A stretch of 63,842 bases of DNA, filler included, from Octopus bimaculoides (taxonomy: Eukaryota), in NCBI RefSeq assembly GCF_001194135.2. It is 6 parts of 6 records of this genome, joined end to end, with 100 filler letters (N's around TTAATTAATTAA, not from the genome) between each part and the next. Parts side by side here need not be neighbours in the genome. Positions count along the whole stretch, not along the records: positions 1 to 19,574 come from NC_069004.1; positions 19,675 to 47,675 come from NC_068982.1; 4 more parts are not named here. One strand, 5' to 3'. The position numbers were made by a program, and so were the translations under genes. The notes below the pieces were generated by a model. It had not been told where the DNA came from and ran no database searches. It worked only from the letters and a program-made list of their open reading frames with translations. Within the stretch, counting starts at the first letter, position 1, and the number at the start of each line of letters is the position of its first letter. Shown one piece after another: positions 13,300-25,840 of the stretch.

Positions 13300-14888
13300 A
13301 AAGACGTGTCGATGGTGGCAGCGATGAGGCTCTTGCTGTTGGTGATGATGATGATGATGATGGTAGGGGTAGCGGCGGTGGTGAAGGTCTAATGACAATC
13401 CTTGCAGTAATAATGGTGGAAGTGGTTGAGGTACCAGTGCCAGTGGTTGTGATTGTAGCACTGACAATATTGGTGGTAGTAGTGGTGGTAGCACTGGGAG
13501 TAGTTGTAGCAGTGACAATAAGGGCTGCTGTAGTAGTAGTAGAAGTAGTAGTAGTAGTAGTGGTTGTAGCAGTAGCAGTAGAGTTTGTTGTTGTTGTAGT
13601 TACAGTTTTAGTGATTGTTGTTGATGGTGTTTATCTGAGGTGAGGCCTGATCCAAAAGACCTGTGCTCAAAAGGTAATCCACATATGACCATCTCATCTT
13701 TTTAAAGAGCGGTTTTATGTATCTGAACATCATTGAACTGGCAGAATCGGTAGCGCCTCGGGCAAAACGCTTAGCGGCATTTCGCCCGTCTATAGACGTT
13801 CTGAGTTCAAATTCTGTCTAAGTCTACTTTGCCCCTTTCATCTTTTCGGGGTTCGATATATTAAGTACCAGTGAAACACTGGGGTCGATGTAATAGACTC
13901 ACCCCCTCCTCCCCCAAAATTGCTGCCCTTTGAAACTATTATCATTATCATTATTATTATTATAATAGACGTCGCACAGTATGCAATGTCGTGAGGTTGT
14001 TGATTGAAGATATTGTGTCTATGAAGGGTTTGTACTGTTTGTCAAGTCACAACCATTTTGGAGATGACAGAGTTTGATCTGAGGGTGATATGACTGCTAT
14101 TTCTAGTAAAACGTCTGCCCACCCAGAAGTCACTCACCAGCGTCTGTAGTAACGGTAACATCGGTGGTGGTGGTGGTGGTGGTGGTGGTGGTGGTAGTTA
14201 GTAGTAGTAGTAGTAGTCATTGTGTTGGCTTCGGAGCCGGGGTCGTGTCAGTGATGATCGTGATTGTGGGGTTGGTGGCATCGGTGGTTGTAGTTGTGGT
14301 GATGGTGGTAGTAGTCTTGGTAGTTTTAAAAGTGGTAGCTATGGAGGTAGTAGCTAATAAAACGATGATGCTGGTGATCTCGTTGGTGGTGGTCACGTTG
14401 AGAGTGTTGTTGGAAATGCGGCGGCGGTGGTGGTGCAGTGGTGGTGGCTGCGGTGGTGGTGAGTGTCAGTGGTGGTAGCAGTGATGGCGGTTGCAGTGGT
14501 AGTGATTGCAGTGGTGGTGGTTGCAGAGGTGGTTGTGGTTGTGGTGGTTTCAGTGGTGGTGGTTGCAGCAGTGGTGGTGGCTGCTGATGGTGGTTCTTGC
14601 GATCGTCGTTGTGGTGGTGGTGATGGTTGTCATGATGGTGTTGGTGGTTCCTTTAGTTGATGTTGTTGCGGTGATAGTGTCGGTGGTGGTGGTGGTGGTG
14701 GTGGTGGTCATTTATTTGGGAATGACGTTGCTGGTGGTGTATGTGGGGGGGATGCTGGCTGTATTAATGATGGTGGTCGTATATGCAGTTGTCACTGTGG
14801 CGGTCGTAGTATTAGTAGTGGTGGTCATATTTATAGAGAAACCGATGATGATAATAACAGTGTTGGCAAAGTTAATATCGCTGTTGTG

Positions 14889-14922
<34 letters not shown>

Positions 14923-14925
14923 CGT
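13300..14925. repeat. Cryptic (GTG/GTA/GAT)n trinucleotide low-complexity region interrupted by a SINE
   Basis: GTG/GTA-rich degenerate triplets that generate spurious poly-V ORFs. Confidence 0.85.
13735..13930 (+). mobile_element. SINE family A
   Basis: ACTGGCAGAATCGGTAGCGCCTCGGGCAAAACGCTTAGC...GTTCTGAGTTCAAATTC...AAGTACCAGTGAAACACTGGGGTCGATG. Confidence 0.8.
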
Positions 14926-15614
14926 AAACATTACGTGAGAACATTGTAGTATGAGTGGTATTAGATTCTATGATAACGCTGTTAGTTTCAATAAAAGTGA
15001 TGAAGAAGCGAAAGAGAGCGAGGCGGGAGGGGGAGAGGGCTTTGCTTATTCTTTTTCTTTTTCTTTTTTTCCCCCTCACGAAAAATTTCGAGAAGCACAA
15101 ACTGGCAGATAAAGATTATCCTAATCTCTTGGTGTGTTGTAATGGCGGATAAGGAAACACATTGCAAGAGATAAGCAATTATAAGGTTTCTCTTGCCTGG
15201 CACTGATCTCCTTCAAACGCACACAGTTAATCAAAACGCACCCCTCCCTCATCCTCTCAGTGTCTATGCATGTGCGTGTATATATANNNNNNNNNNNNNN
15301 NNNNNNNNNNNNNNNNNNNNNNNNNNNNNNNNNNNNNNNNNNNNNNNNNNNNNNNNNNNNNNNNNNNNNNNNNNNNNNNNNNNNNNNNNNNNNNNNNNNN
15401 NNNNNNNNNNNNNNNNNNNNNNNNNNNNNNNNNNNNNNNNNNNNNNNNNNNNNNNNNNNNNNNNNNNNNNNNNNNNNNNNNNNNNNNNNNNNNNNNNNNN
15501 NNNNNNNNNNNNNNNNNNNNNNNNNNNNNNNNNNNNNNNNNNNNNNNNNNNNNNNNNNNNNNNNNNNNNNNNNNNNNNNNNNNNNNNNNNNNNNNNNNNN
15601 NNNNNNNNNNNNNN

Positions 15615-15657
<43 letters not shown>

Positions 15658-17663
15658 CTATATGTATATGTATGTATGTGTGTATATATATATATAGCTA
15701 TGCACGTATATTTAATCCATCATATAGAGGTGAGTACGCGACGCACATACATACATACACACAGATACATATTTGTAAATATATATACACATACACACAC
15801 ATATAGACACGAATGCTTGTATGAGTTGAAGGTGTTGGGAAAGTGACGAGGGTTGATGTCTTATATAAGTATATATGCAGGGAGGGGAAGTAAGAGGATT
15901 GAATGCAATTGTGGAGGGTGGTGGAGGTGCGGCCATGGTTTTAATGTAAGGGTTGGGAAGTGGGGTGCGGTGGGGGTGGGGGTAGCATCCTCACCATTTT
16001 ACTCGACACCTGTTATCTTTCGAGAAAATTCCAACGGAAGAACTTGCTGAAAACTTTCCATAATGATGACGTCACAAAACAAGCATAGCAGCAGCAGCAG
16101 ATGTAGCAATACGATCAATAGGAAAGCCTATAAGGTAGTTGAAGGAAGTGCTAGAAATAGTAGACACCTCTCCCTCAATTCACACCTGTCTGCCTTATAT
16201 AAGAATGAAATTGTTTTATCCTGTTGCTTGTTTCAATCATTGGACGGCAGCCATGCTGCAGCAAGGCATTATGTTATTTGATTCATCAAATCGTACTCAG
16301 AAAAAGTTTCGTTATTAGTCTGTAAGTTGCGAATGTGAAAATTAGCGAGACAAGAGTGCACACGCACACATACACACACACATATATGGAGAGAAAGAGA
16401 GAGAGAGAGAGAGAGTGGGGGAGGGATGGATGTGGCAGGGTGATCAATGATTGGGTTATTGTGGTTTGATGTTCAACTTTGATTGATTAGGCACTGATTA
16501 TTGACAATTAAGCCAATTGATTGTTAGACTGTATACAAAGTGTAAAGACTCGTTCAAAGAGTTGATTCTAAAATTAAGTGAATTGATTTGGTAGACTGTA
16601 CTCTGGGGGTGGGGGTTAATCTTATTGATCTTGTTCTTATTCTTGATTGATGAATGAGTAGGACTGAACCGACTAATGTCTGCGACTAACCCAGACTGCT
16701 GGTGTACCTATTCCTAACAGACAGGTGTTGTAATTGGTGGAGTGTGAAGAGAAGGTGATCATTTCTAGGACAATCAAGTATTTATTCCTAACGGCCAGAT
16801 GGAGTTTGTGGTGGACTGAGGTCATGCACTGTCCATTCCCAGTTTGATATTGCATTTTATTGATTACAGGCAGATGAAGAGAATTTGAAACTGACGCGGA
16901 AGACTGTATCAGTCCAATCTTGTTTTTTGGACAAAGTTTTCAGAAATAACCCAAAAGGCTTACCATTAATTCGTGAAGTATTCATGGTCCCGCTAGTTAT
17001 TATAAATTATTATTATTACTATTACGTTGGGTGACGAAATGGGCGAAATTTTAAGCGTATTGGATAAAGAAATACTCCGCGATATTTGCTCCGACTCTTT
17101 AGATTCTGAATTCAAACTTTGCATCTTAAAGGTGAAATTTACCTTTCATCATTCCGAGCTCGGGGAAATAGAATCGTAATCAAATGCTGGCGCTCAACGA
17201 ATCTGTTCTGGATTCCTATTCTTGACAACTAAATGAATTGACTAGAAAACACTGATCTAACCATTCACTGCTGACATCGGCGTAAAGTTTTCGGCAGATT
17301 ATGACATGATAGGAAATATACTGACCTTAACCCTCAGGCTGATTGCCACGGTGATAAGTGGGGCTATGGGCCGAGATTGTCAGCACGATTCTAAAATTGC
17401 TTTATAAAAATGGTATATATTCCTCGCAGACATCTTCGGGGGATTGAACGGATTAGCGGTGATCAGTTATGGATTAGGAATAAAATGGATTTCTAAGTTA
17501 CATTGGCCCAACCTTGAAAATACCGAAACGAAGAAGTGTACAATAACATGTTCTGTCCATTGACATAGAAACAAAACCAAAATCAAAGCCAGAGATTTGA
17601 ACCTACGACACGTGGATATGTAAATTATTTAAATGATCCACTCACACACACAAGCACGCTCCC

Positions 17664-17711
<48 letters not shown>

Positions 17712-18324
17712 AGAGAAAGTCTCTTTGTGATAGAGGACAAATGATGACTAAAAAGTGAAGTTAGCGACGAAAATAAAACACACACACAAACACCCACTCT
17801 CACCCACATACACATTCATAAACATCAGGTGAAAAGGGAGAGAGAAAGAGAGCGGAGTGGAGGGGGACACAAGAAAGTAGATTCCAATAAAAGAAATACA
17901 AAACTAACAAAACAAGAAAAACAGAAGAGAGAAAGTGTAAATAATTATACAGACACAATTAGAGAAAAGAAAAACAAAAAAAAGCATTACACACATGCAT
18001 AGAAGGAGCTAGAGAGAGAGAGAGAGAGGAGGGGAGAAAGAGAGAGAGGGGGCGATAAAATGATGTGCATGCGATAGAGTAATCACCTGTTGTATAGTTA
18101 CTATATGTCAAAACAAGGGTGATAAAACTCGTTGTCAATTCCACGACACGTACATCATTCTGAACAAACATGGCTGCTATACTCCAATCACACCTACCAG
18201 ATGTGTGTGTATATTTACTCTACGCGATATATCTATATATATACATACATTTATATTTTTATGCGTACGTTTATATGTTAATGCATATATATGTGTGTGT
18301 GTATGTGTGGCGTGTTTGTGTATG

Positions 18325-18355
<31 letters not shown>

Positions 18356-18492
18356 TTTGTAAATTGTGTTATGGTTATATGTATATATATGAATGCGTAG
18401 ACTGAAGGCGCTTGAAGGCATCTGCCAACCATAGATAATCCACTTAAAACACTAGTATATGCCTATCAGTCAGTATATAAACATATACACAG

Positions 18493-18524
<32 letters not shown>

Positions 18525-18934
18525 GTGTATATATGTATGTATGTATATTTATAAACACACACATATGTACAAGCACTCACAGAAGCAGATTGATACTCAG
18601 ACAGACGGAGAGAGCTTGGTAATCTTGTTCACAAAGAAACTATTGTGCGCTAGACCAACCTGCCAGCCAGCCAACAAGCCAGCAAGCCAGCCAGCCAGCC
18701 GACCAGCAGTGTTTCCATCCAGCCAACCAACCAAACAAGCACAAATATAGTATGATCTATGATGGGTGCTAACTATATATATTGTGTTAGATATTCGAAG
18801 GCACGTATGCTAAACACACAAAATGATATATATACCGAAAATAGAGATTCACTATCGACTCCAATCACACTTCCACACACACACACACACATATCCACGT
18901 ATTCAGGTAAATATATAAGCATACGCACAAAGTA

Positions 18935-18966
<32 letters not shown>

Positions 18967-19274
18967 CGTAAATACGTGTACAGGGAAACACACTGTTAAT
19001 GACACATAGATACAATCATAAACAGATGGGAGGATGGGTGGAAGAGACGGATTTCATGGTAAGGAGCAGTTTTGCTCAGAGGAGAATGGACGTCACAACA
19101 CAGAAAGCTAAATTTCGAGGGAGATGGACACACAGCCACACACTTTCATTTACAAACATGCATAGACGCATACATACTTTACATATACATATACAAAATA
19201 CATTATATATATATATATAGAGTTATTAATATTTCTAAGTCTCTCTAAAGGAGACTACGGCAGCGGTACTGGAA

Positions 19275-19562
19275 ATTAATAGTTATCGCCAAGCCAACAT
19301 GGCAGTCCCAAAATTAGGACGAAAGCTGCCGTGAATTAGCTCCAAGAAGCCATCGCCTCTAGCTAGCTATGTGACACACGAAACCTGTGTCCTTTATAAC
19401 CAGCAGGGGGACACTGCTGACCTCCCCTGTTCGAAGGTTATAAAGGACACAGGTTTCGTGTGTCACATAGCTAGCTAGAGGCGATGGCTTCTTGGAGCTA
19501 ATTCACGGCAGCTTTCGTCCTAATTTTGGGACTGCCATGTTGGCTTGGCGATAACTATTAAT
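19275..19562. repeat. Perfect 127-bp inverted repeat with a 34-nt loop (foldback/MITE-like)
   Basis: 19275-19401 is the exact reverse complement of 19436-19562, checked base by base. Confidence 0.95.
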
Positions 19563-20727
19563 ATATATATATAGNNNNNNNNNNNNNNNNNNNNNNNNNN
19601 NNNNNNNNNNNNNNNNNNTTAATTAATTAANNNNNNNNNNNNNNNNNNNNNNNNNNNNNNNNNNNNNNNNNNNNATATATATATATATATATATATATAT
19701 ACCTAAATATATGCGTACATATATATATATATATATACATACATATATATGTGTATATATGTGTGTGTGTGTTTGTGTGTGTACAACTCTTTGTTATTTG
19801 CTATCTGCTAACTACCATTGAAAGCATCGCCTGAGTTATATTACTGGTGTGAACACCAGTTTGTTGAGTAAATTATATTATGTTATATTTACATACATAC
19901 ATGCGTACATATATATATATAGATATGCATATATATATANNNNNNNNNNNNNNNNNNNNNNNNNNNNNNNNNNNNNNNNNNNNNNNNNNNNNNNNNNNNN
20001 NNNNNNNNNNNNNNNNNNNNNNNNNNNNNNNNNNNNNNNNNNNNNNNNNNNNNNNNNNNNNNNNNNNNNNNNNNNNNNNNNNNNNNNNNNNNNNNNNNNN
20101 NNNNNNNNNNNNNNNNNNNNNNNNNNNNNNNNNNNNNNNNNNNNNNNNNNNNNNNNNNNNNNNNNNNNNNNNNNNNNNNNNNNNNNNNNNNNNNNNNNNN
20201 NNNNNNNNNNNNNNNNNNNNNNNNNNNNNNNNNNNNNNNNNNNNNNNNNNNNNNNNNNNNNNNNNNNNNNNNNNNNNNNNNNNNNNNNNNNNNNNNNNNN
20301 NNNNNNNNNNNNNNNNNNNNNNNNNNNNNNNNNNNNNNNNNNNNNNNNNNNNNNNNNNNNNNNNNNNNNNNNNNNNNNNNNNNNNNNNNNNNNNNNNNNN
20401 NNNNNNNNNNNNNNNNNNNNNNNNNNNNNNNNNNNNNNNNNNNNNNNNNNNNNNNNNNNNNNNNNNNNNNNNNNNNNNNNNNNNNNNNNNNNNNNNNNNN
20501 NNNNNNNNNNNNNNNNNNNNNNNNNNNNNNNNNNNNNNNNNNNNNNNNNNNNNNNNNNNNNNNNNNNNNNNNNNNNNNNNNNNNNNNNNNNNNNNNNNNN
20601 NNNNNNNNNNNNNNNNNNNNNNNNNNNNNNNNNNNNNNNNNNNNNNNNNNNNNNNNNNNNNNNNNNNNNNNNNNNNNNNNNNNNNNNNNNNNNNNNNNNN
20701 NNNNNNNNNNNNNNNNNNNNNNNNNNG

Positions 20728-20935
20728 GTGGCGAGGCTGGCAGAGACGTTAGCACACCGGGCCAAATGCTGAGCGCTATTTCATCGGACGTAACAATCTG
20801 AGTTCAAATTCCGCCGAGGTCGACTTTGCCTTTCATCATTTCAGGGGTCGATAAATTAAGTACTATTTGCGTACTTGGGTCAATCTAATCAACTGGCCCC
20901 TTCCCCCAAAATTTTGGGCCTTGTGTCTAGAGTAG
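20728..20935 (+). mobile_element. SINE family A
   Basis: GGCGAGGCTGGCAGAGACGTTAGCAC...CTGAGTTCAAATTCCGCCGAGGTCGACTTTGCC. Confidence 0.8.
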
Positions 20936-21933
20936 AAACGTATATGAAAATAAGGGAGAAAATGGTTATCTTTTTGCTCCCTTTAAAAAAAATACCATGC
21001 AAGAGAGGTGGAGAGGGGATATCTTCGAGCCAACGTTTTCCATTTCATTTCTGGTTCTCTTGAGAATTTCCAAACCTCTTAAACTTCATACAATCGAGGT
21101 CACCAGTAAAATTGCATTGTTGCTTTAAGTAATATTTCCAATTAACATTTTTCACTAATGTTTTTAAACCCCGACTGTATTCGGATTTGATCAATTTGAC
21201 ATGTTTCGATGAATTTACGCATTAGTTCTTCATAATCTGTTTAAATATAATTAGTTTTAATATATTAGATCCAGAATTTCTCAATGTTATCTTCTATAAA
21301 TTAGCTGTTGTTATTTAGCCTCTCTGATCAGTTCCGATTGATCAACTCCGTTTGATCAATCTTGATTGATCAGATCTTTGATCACAGACATTCTAGCTGT
21401 GCTCGTCATATTCATTTTGAAACTATTGTATTTGTAGTACTTCGTTTGTCCTGATAAGACATTAAGCTGCACCCGGTAGTGAGGCTCCAGATCGGAAGTT
21501 CAGACGTTCAAGGGAAAAGGAGAGCGCTCCTTAGTCGCCATTACTATCAGGTCTGCTTTGACCTGGGGTGTTGGTAAATATAACTGTTAAGGTTCCGGTT
21601 ATGCTGTCCAGGTTTGCAGAAGATGGTCCTACATTTAAGGTGTACAGGACCCAGAAAGAGGAATAGCCCATAGATGTATGTCACATAGACCCAGTTGTGT
21701 GTGGTCATACCCTGATGTCATGCGAACCAGTCCTTTTTAAGAATTAAATAAACCCTACGCCGCAGGCATAAGCATATAAGCACGTGAGAGCAGGAAGCAA
21801 ATAAAGTAAACTGTAAATAAATCAACAGACGACAACGGGAAGCCATTGATCTATCTTTTCCAACTAAAATAATGAAGCGTCAGACTTTGTTGACGGCGTC
21901 TATGATTGCCGATGCGTGTAGGAATGGCACAGT

Positions 21934-21936
<3 letters not shown>

Positions 21937-22021
<85 letters not shown>

Positions 22022-22060
22022 GAGAGACAGAGAGAGAGAGACAGAGAGAGAGAGACAGAG
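21937..22060. repeat. (GA)n/(GACA) microsatellite
   Basis: Directly visible. Confidence 0.95.
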
Positions 22061-22525
22061 AGTACTATTGCATTTAGTGGTACATACACCGCACTTTTCT
22101 CCAAATAGAACGCCTCAAGAAAATGACCCCAGGTTATACATGCAACGTTGGGTCTATCTTGCTTACTTTAACCCATTCGTGCCGAAATTTTTCTCGTGAA
22201 TGAAATTGCCTGAAAATTCACAGAAACTATTATTTTGACCTAAATAACAACTGAAAAAAATTTCATTGAAATCCGTTTGATTCAGACTACATAAGTGTTA
22301 AGAACATGTTTCATTCTTTGATACAGATCATACACAAATCACAATTTGTATCAAGTATTTGTTTTATACCCTTATAAATTAAGGGTCAGTTTAAACGGAT
22401 GATCGGCATGAATAGGTTAATACACTAAAACTTATTGTTCCTAAATGTACGCTGCAGAAATTGGAATGCGTCTGATATGGCCAGGCGTCTTTTATGCCAT
22501 GAAATACCTTATATTATTCAGTGAA

Positions 22526-22850
22526 GGCGCATGGCTCAGTGGTTAGAGCTTACAATCGTGAGGTTGTGAGTTCGAATCCCGGACCGGGCTGCGTGTTGTG
22601 TTCTTGAGCAAGACACTTTATTTCACGTTGCTCCAGTTCATTCAGCTGTAGAAATGAGGTGCGACGTCACAGGTGCCAAGCTGTATCGGCCCCTTTGCCT
22701 TTCCCTTGGATAACATTGGTGGCGTGGAGAGGGAAGGCCAGTATGCATGGGCGACTGCTGGTCTTCCATAAAACAACCTTGCCCGGACTTGTGCCTCAGA
22801 GGGTAACTTTCTAGGTGCAATCCCATGGTCAGTCGTGACCGAAGGGGGGG
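22526..22850 (+). mobile_element. tRNA-derived SINE family B
   Basis: A-box TGGCTCAGTGG and B-box GTTCGAATCC, then GTTCTTGAGCAAGACACTTT and a unique body. Confidence 0.8.
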
Positions 22851-22984
22851 CTCAGCATCAGCAGCATTCATTGAACCCTTCTTTATTTAAGACAGCGGAG
22901 CGTGATTTGCGTGGAATTTGGTTGCTACCTCTGATAGGTCGAGCGGCCAATTTGATTTGTCCCTCGGATATTATCGCTACCTGT

Positions 22985-23362
22985 GGAGGCGCAATAGCCC
23001 AGTGGTTAAGGCAGCGGACTCGCGGTCGTAGGGTCGCAGTTTCGATTCCCAGACCGGGCGTTGTGAGTGTTTATTGAGCAAAAACACCTAAAGCTCCACG
23101 AGGCTCCGGCAGGGGCTGGTGGCGAACCCTGCTGTATTCTTTCACCACAACTTTCTCTCTCTCTTTCTCTCTGTTTCTCTTGTACCTGTATTTCAAAGGG
23201 CCAGCCTGTGTCACGCTGAATCTCCCCCAAGAACTACGTTAATTGTACACGTGTCTGTGGAGTGCTCAGCCATTTGCACGTTAATTTCACGAGCAGGCTG
23301 TTCCGTTGATCGGTTCAACTGGAACCCTCAACTGGAACGTAACCGACGGAGTGCCGTCGCTA
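22985..23362 (+). mobile_element. tRNA-derived SINE family C
   Basis: GGAGGCGCAATAGCCCAGTGGTTAAGGCAGCGGACTCGCGG...GTTTCGATTCCCAGACC. Homologous minus copies at 59481-59868, 59952-60265 and (partial) 48330-48520. Confidence 0.82.
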
Positions 23363-24324
23363 CCTATTTTTAGGGAGCAACAATATTCACAGCAATAAAT
23401 CGTTCCTAAAAATCACTGGATTTAAATTTGTGAACGTTAACTTCCACATCATTTATTCTCTGTCTGTTACTTGGGTGAACTATCTTTGTATTAATCTTCT
23501 GATTGTGTTTTGCTATTTATAAAGCGTCTATCTCTAATCTTTTAATGGTTTTTGTTTTTTGTGGAATTCTATACGATTGTGTTATCGACTAAAGTTTTAA
23601 TATCAAGTTTTGTTTTGTATTCTGGATAGTAAATCTGTCGTATGTATATTGCGAACCGAGGAAGAAGCGCCGTATTTATACAATAACAGGCACAACCTTT
23701 GAACAACTGTCGAAATTTATGAATTATTGACAATTTTTTTAAGCTCAAGGAATTTGGTAATGAATATAATTTGTAATATATACAAAATAAAAGAAAAAAT
23801 GTTTAAAACGAATAATAAAAAAATGTTTAATGTTTTGTTTAATGATGAATTGAGATTTGTCATTTAGTTTCACGGTTCCGTAAGTTTGCAAACACAAATA
23901 AAAATTGTCGAATTTGTTGAAATTTGTAATTCTAAGGTTGTCCATGGTATTTTTTTCTTCTTTTGTATTGTTGGTGGAGACACTATAAACAAGGAAAATG
24001 TAGTACACAAAACGGACGCACATTATGCAGCTATCAACTACATGCGAAGCACATTTGTGATAGCGGCATCACATTACGTCTATAGCAGGTCACTGCTTCC
24101 ATTCTATCCACCTCACTCAGGATTCTAATTTAGAACCACGGTCTTGATATTATTACGATAAAAGGCATGATCGGCTCCTTGCAAAAATGGTACGCTCACA
24201 TAAACGTTTATCAAGTAATCAGCATCGGCTGGAGGGCATCAATTTAAAATAGTTATGTAAACTTACCAACAAATTATAATTCGAAGTTTCCAGAAATCCT
24301 TCACCAGAGTTATTAAAAATCTGG

Positions 24325-24659
24325 CAATTTGAGCCTTGCAAGAGAGTCAACTCAGTTTGAGCCTTGTAAGATAGTCAACTCAATTTGAACCGCGCAAGAG
24401 AGTCAACTCAATTTGAACCGCTCAAGAGGGTCAACTCAATTTTAGTCTTGAAAGAGAGTCAACTCAATTTGAGCCTTGCAAGAGAGTCAACTCAATTTGA
24501 ACCGCGCAAGAGAGCCGACTCAATTTGAACCGCGCAAGAGTGTCAACCCAATTTGAACCGCGCAAGAGAGTCAACTCAATTTTAGCCTTGCAAGAGAGTC
24601 AACTCAATTTGATCCTTGCAAGAGAGTCAACTCAATTTGAACCGCACAAGAGAGTCAAC
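24325..24659 (+). repeat. 28-bp minisatellite, about 12 copies
   Basis: Unit CAATTTGAGCCTTGCAAGAGAGTCAACT and variant CAATTTGAACCGCGCAAGAGAGTCAACT, head-to-tail with no spacers. Confidence 0.95.
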
Positions 24660-24829
24660 ACAGAACCATGTCACTTTGTTCCGAAAGATGTGCTCTAATC
24701 TTCTTCCACTTCTATTTCATGCAGTGAAAATAGAAGTTTGATAAGGGTAAATTATCCTTGTGTTTTAATGTTGACATACTACATACATCATTCTGAATAA
24801 TTATCTTCTTTATCCTCTATTATTTGTAT

Positions 24830-24891
<62 letters not shown>

Positions 24892-24940
24892 CATCGAAAA
24901 ATACCTGAGGAATGAGAACCCAGGTTCGAAATTTCCCCAA

Positions 24941-24986
24941 GACACCTGATGAAGGCTGGAGGGTATACCAGCCGAAACGTTGTATT
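24941..24986 (+). ncRNA. Minimal type I hammerhead-like motif in a short PLE-type repeat (24893-25040)
   Basis: GACAC-CTGATGA-A-GGCTGG-AGGGTATA-CCAGCC-GAAA-CG-T-T-GTATT. 6-bp stem II, ACGT palindromic stem III, stem I with one mismatch. Confidence 0.6.
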
Positions 24987-25594
24987 AACAACAGGCAAGA
25001 TGAGGACAAATATCCGTCAAATGTAAATAATGTAAATAATGTATCACATACATCCTGACAATATAACACAAATGCACTTGGTGCATGTGTAATGCGTAAT
25101 ATATAAACTGTTACACGTAAGGAATGTATGGAAATATATTTATTGGGGTTGTCTTGTCTAAGAACGCAGTTCCTTTCCTAAATTCAAATGTCATAACAAT
25201 CACTAACACATGATGAAATTGTGGTCAGTCGTTCTATTAGAACATAGGTTCTCAAAGTGGACGCTAGCGGCCCCCCGGTGGACGTTGAGAGAGTCCAGGT
25301 GGGCGCTGGCATCTAAGGGGACGGAAGCGAAAAAGGAGGCATTAGGAAAAAGCAGTGGATTGGGGACGCTTATGAATTTATATTATTATTGTGTTGTATG
25401 CAAATTATATAATGTTATATTAAATATCAAATGATTCATAGTATATATAAATTAGTAAAATATAAAATATTTATTTATACATAAAAATAGGGGTGGAGGT
25501 GCTGAGAGTGTTATGTGGCCATGAGGGGGGTGCCCTAGGTGTACGGAAAACACTCGGTGAGAAATGGAAGAAAATTTGAAGAAAGAAGAAAAAC

Positions 25595-25626
<32 letters not shown>

Positions 25627-25639
25627 TAATAATAATGAG

Positions 25640-25840
25640 AATAATGGTTTCAAATTTTGGCACAGGGCCAGTAATTTCGGGAGAGGGGTTAAGTCGTTTA
25701 CATCGACCCCAGTACGCAACTGGTCCTTATTTTATCGACCCCGAAAGGATGATGAAAGGTAAAGTCGACATCGGTGGAATTTGAACTCAGAACGTAAAGA
25801 CTAAGCGTTCTTCCCGGTGTGCTAACGACTCTCCAGCCCG
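25640..25840 (-). mobile_element. SINE family A
   Basis: Reverse complement of the family A consensus (TTTGAACTCAGAACGTAAAGAC...GCTAACGACTCTCCAGC). Confidence 0.78.

Noticed and set aside
13233-14892. Val-rich 'transmembrane' ORFs
   Set aside because: Translations of (GTG/GTA)n low-complexity DNA, with no splice signals or domain motifs.
16196-16260. TATATAAG followed by a TCAATC/TCATT Inr-like site
   Set aside because: The downstream sequence is a degenerate SINE D end (TTGTTTCAATCATT...GCAGCCATGCTG), so the pattern is probably coincidental.
19619-19630. TTAATTAATTAA islands inside N gaps (also 47720-47731, 53496-53507, 58874-58885, 62614-62625)
   Set aside because: An identical 12-mer centred in N runs, with stops in all six frames, is a scaffolding placeholder and not biological sequence.
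22526-22585. Functional tRNA gene (A-box/B-box)
   Set aside because: No complete cloverleaf, and it continues into a SINE body. The same applies to the family A, C and D heads.
24060-24300. Possible non-LTR (RLE-type) remnant, ..YYDKRHDRLL..
   Set aside because: Only a short RHD-like motif, with no CCHC or RT motifs seen; not supportable by eye.
24325-24659. CRISPR-like array
   Set aside because: No unique spacers (contiguous units), no cas genes, and a eukaryotic context.
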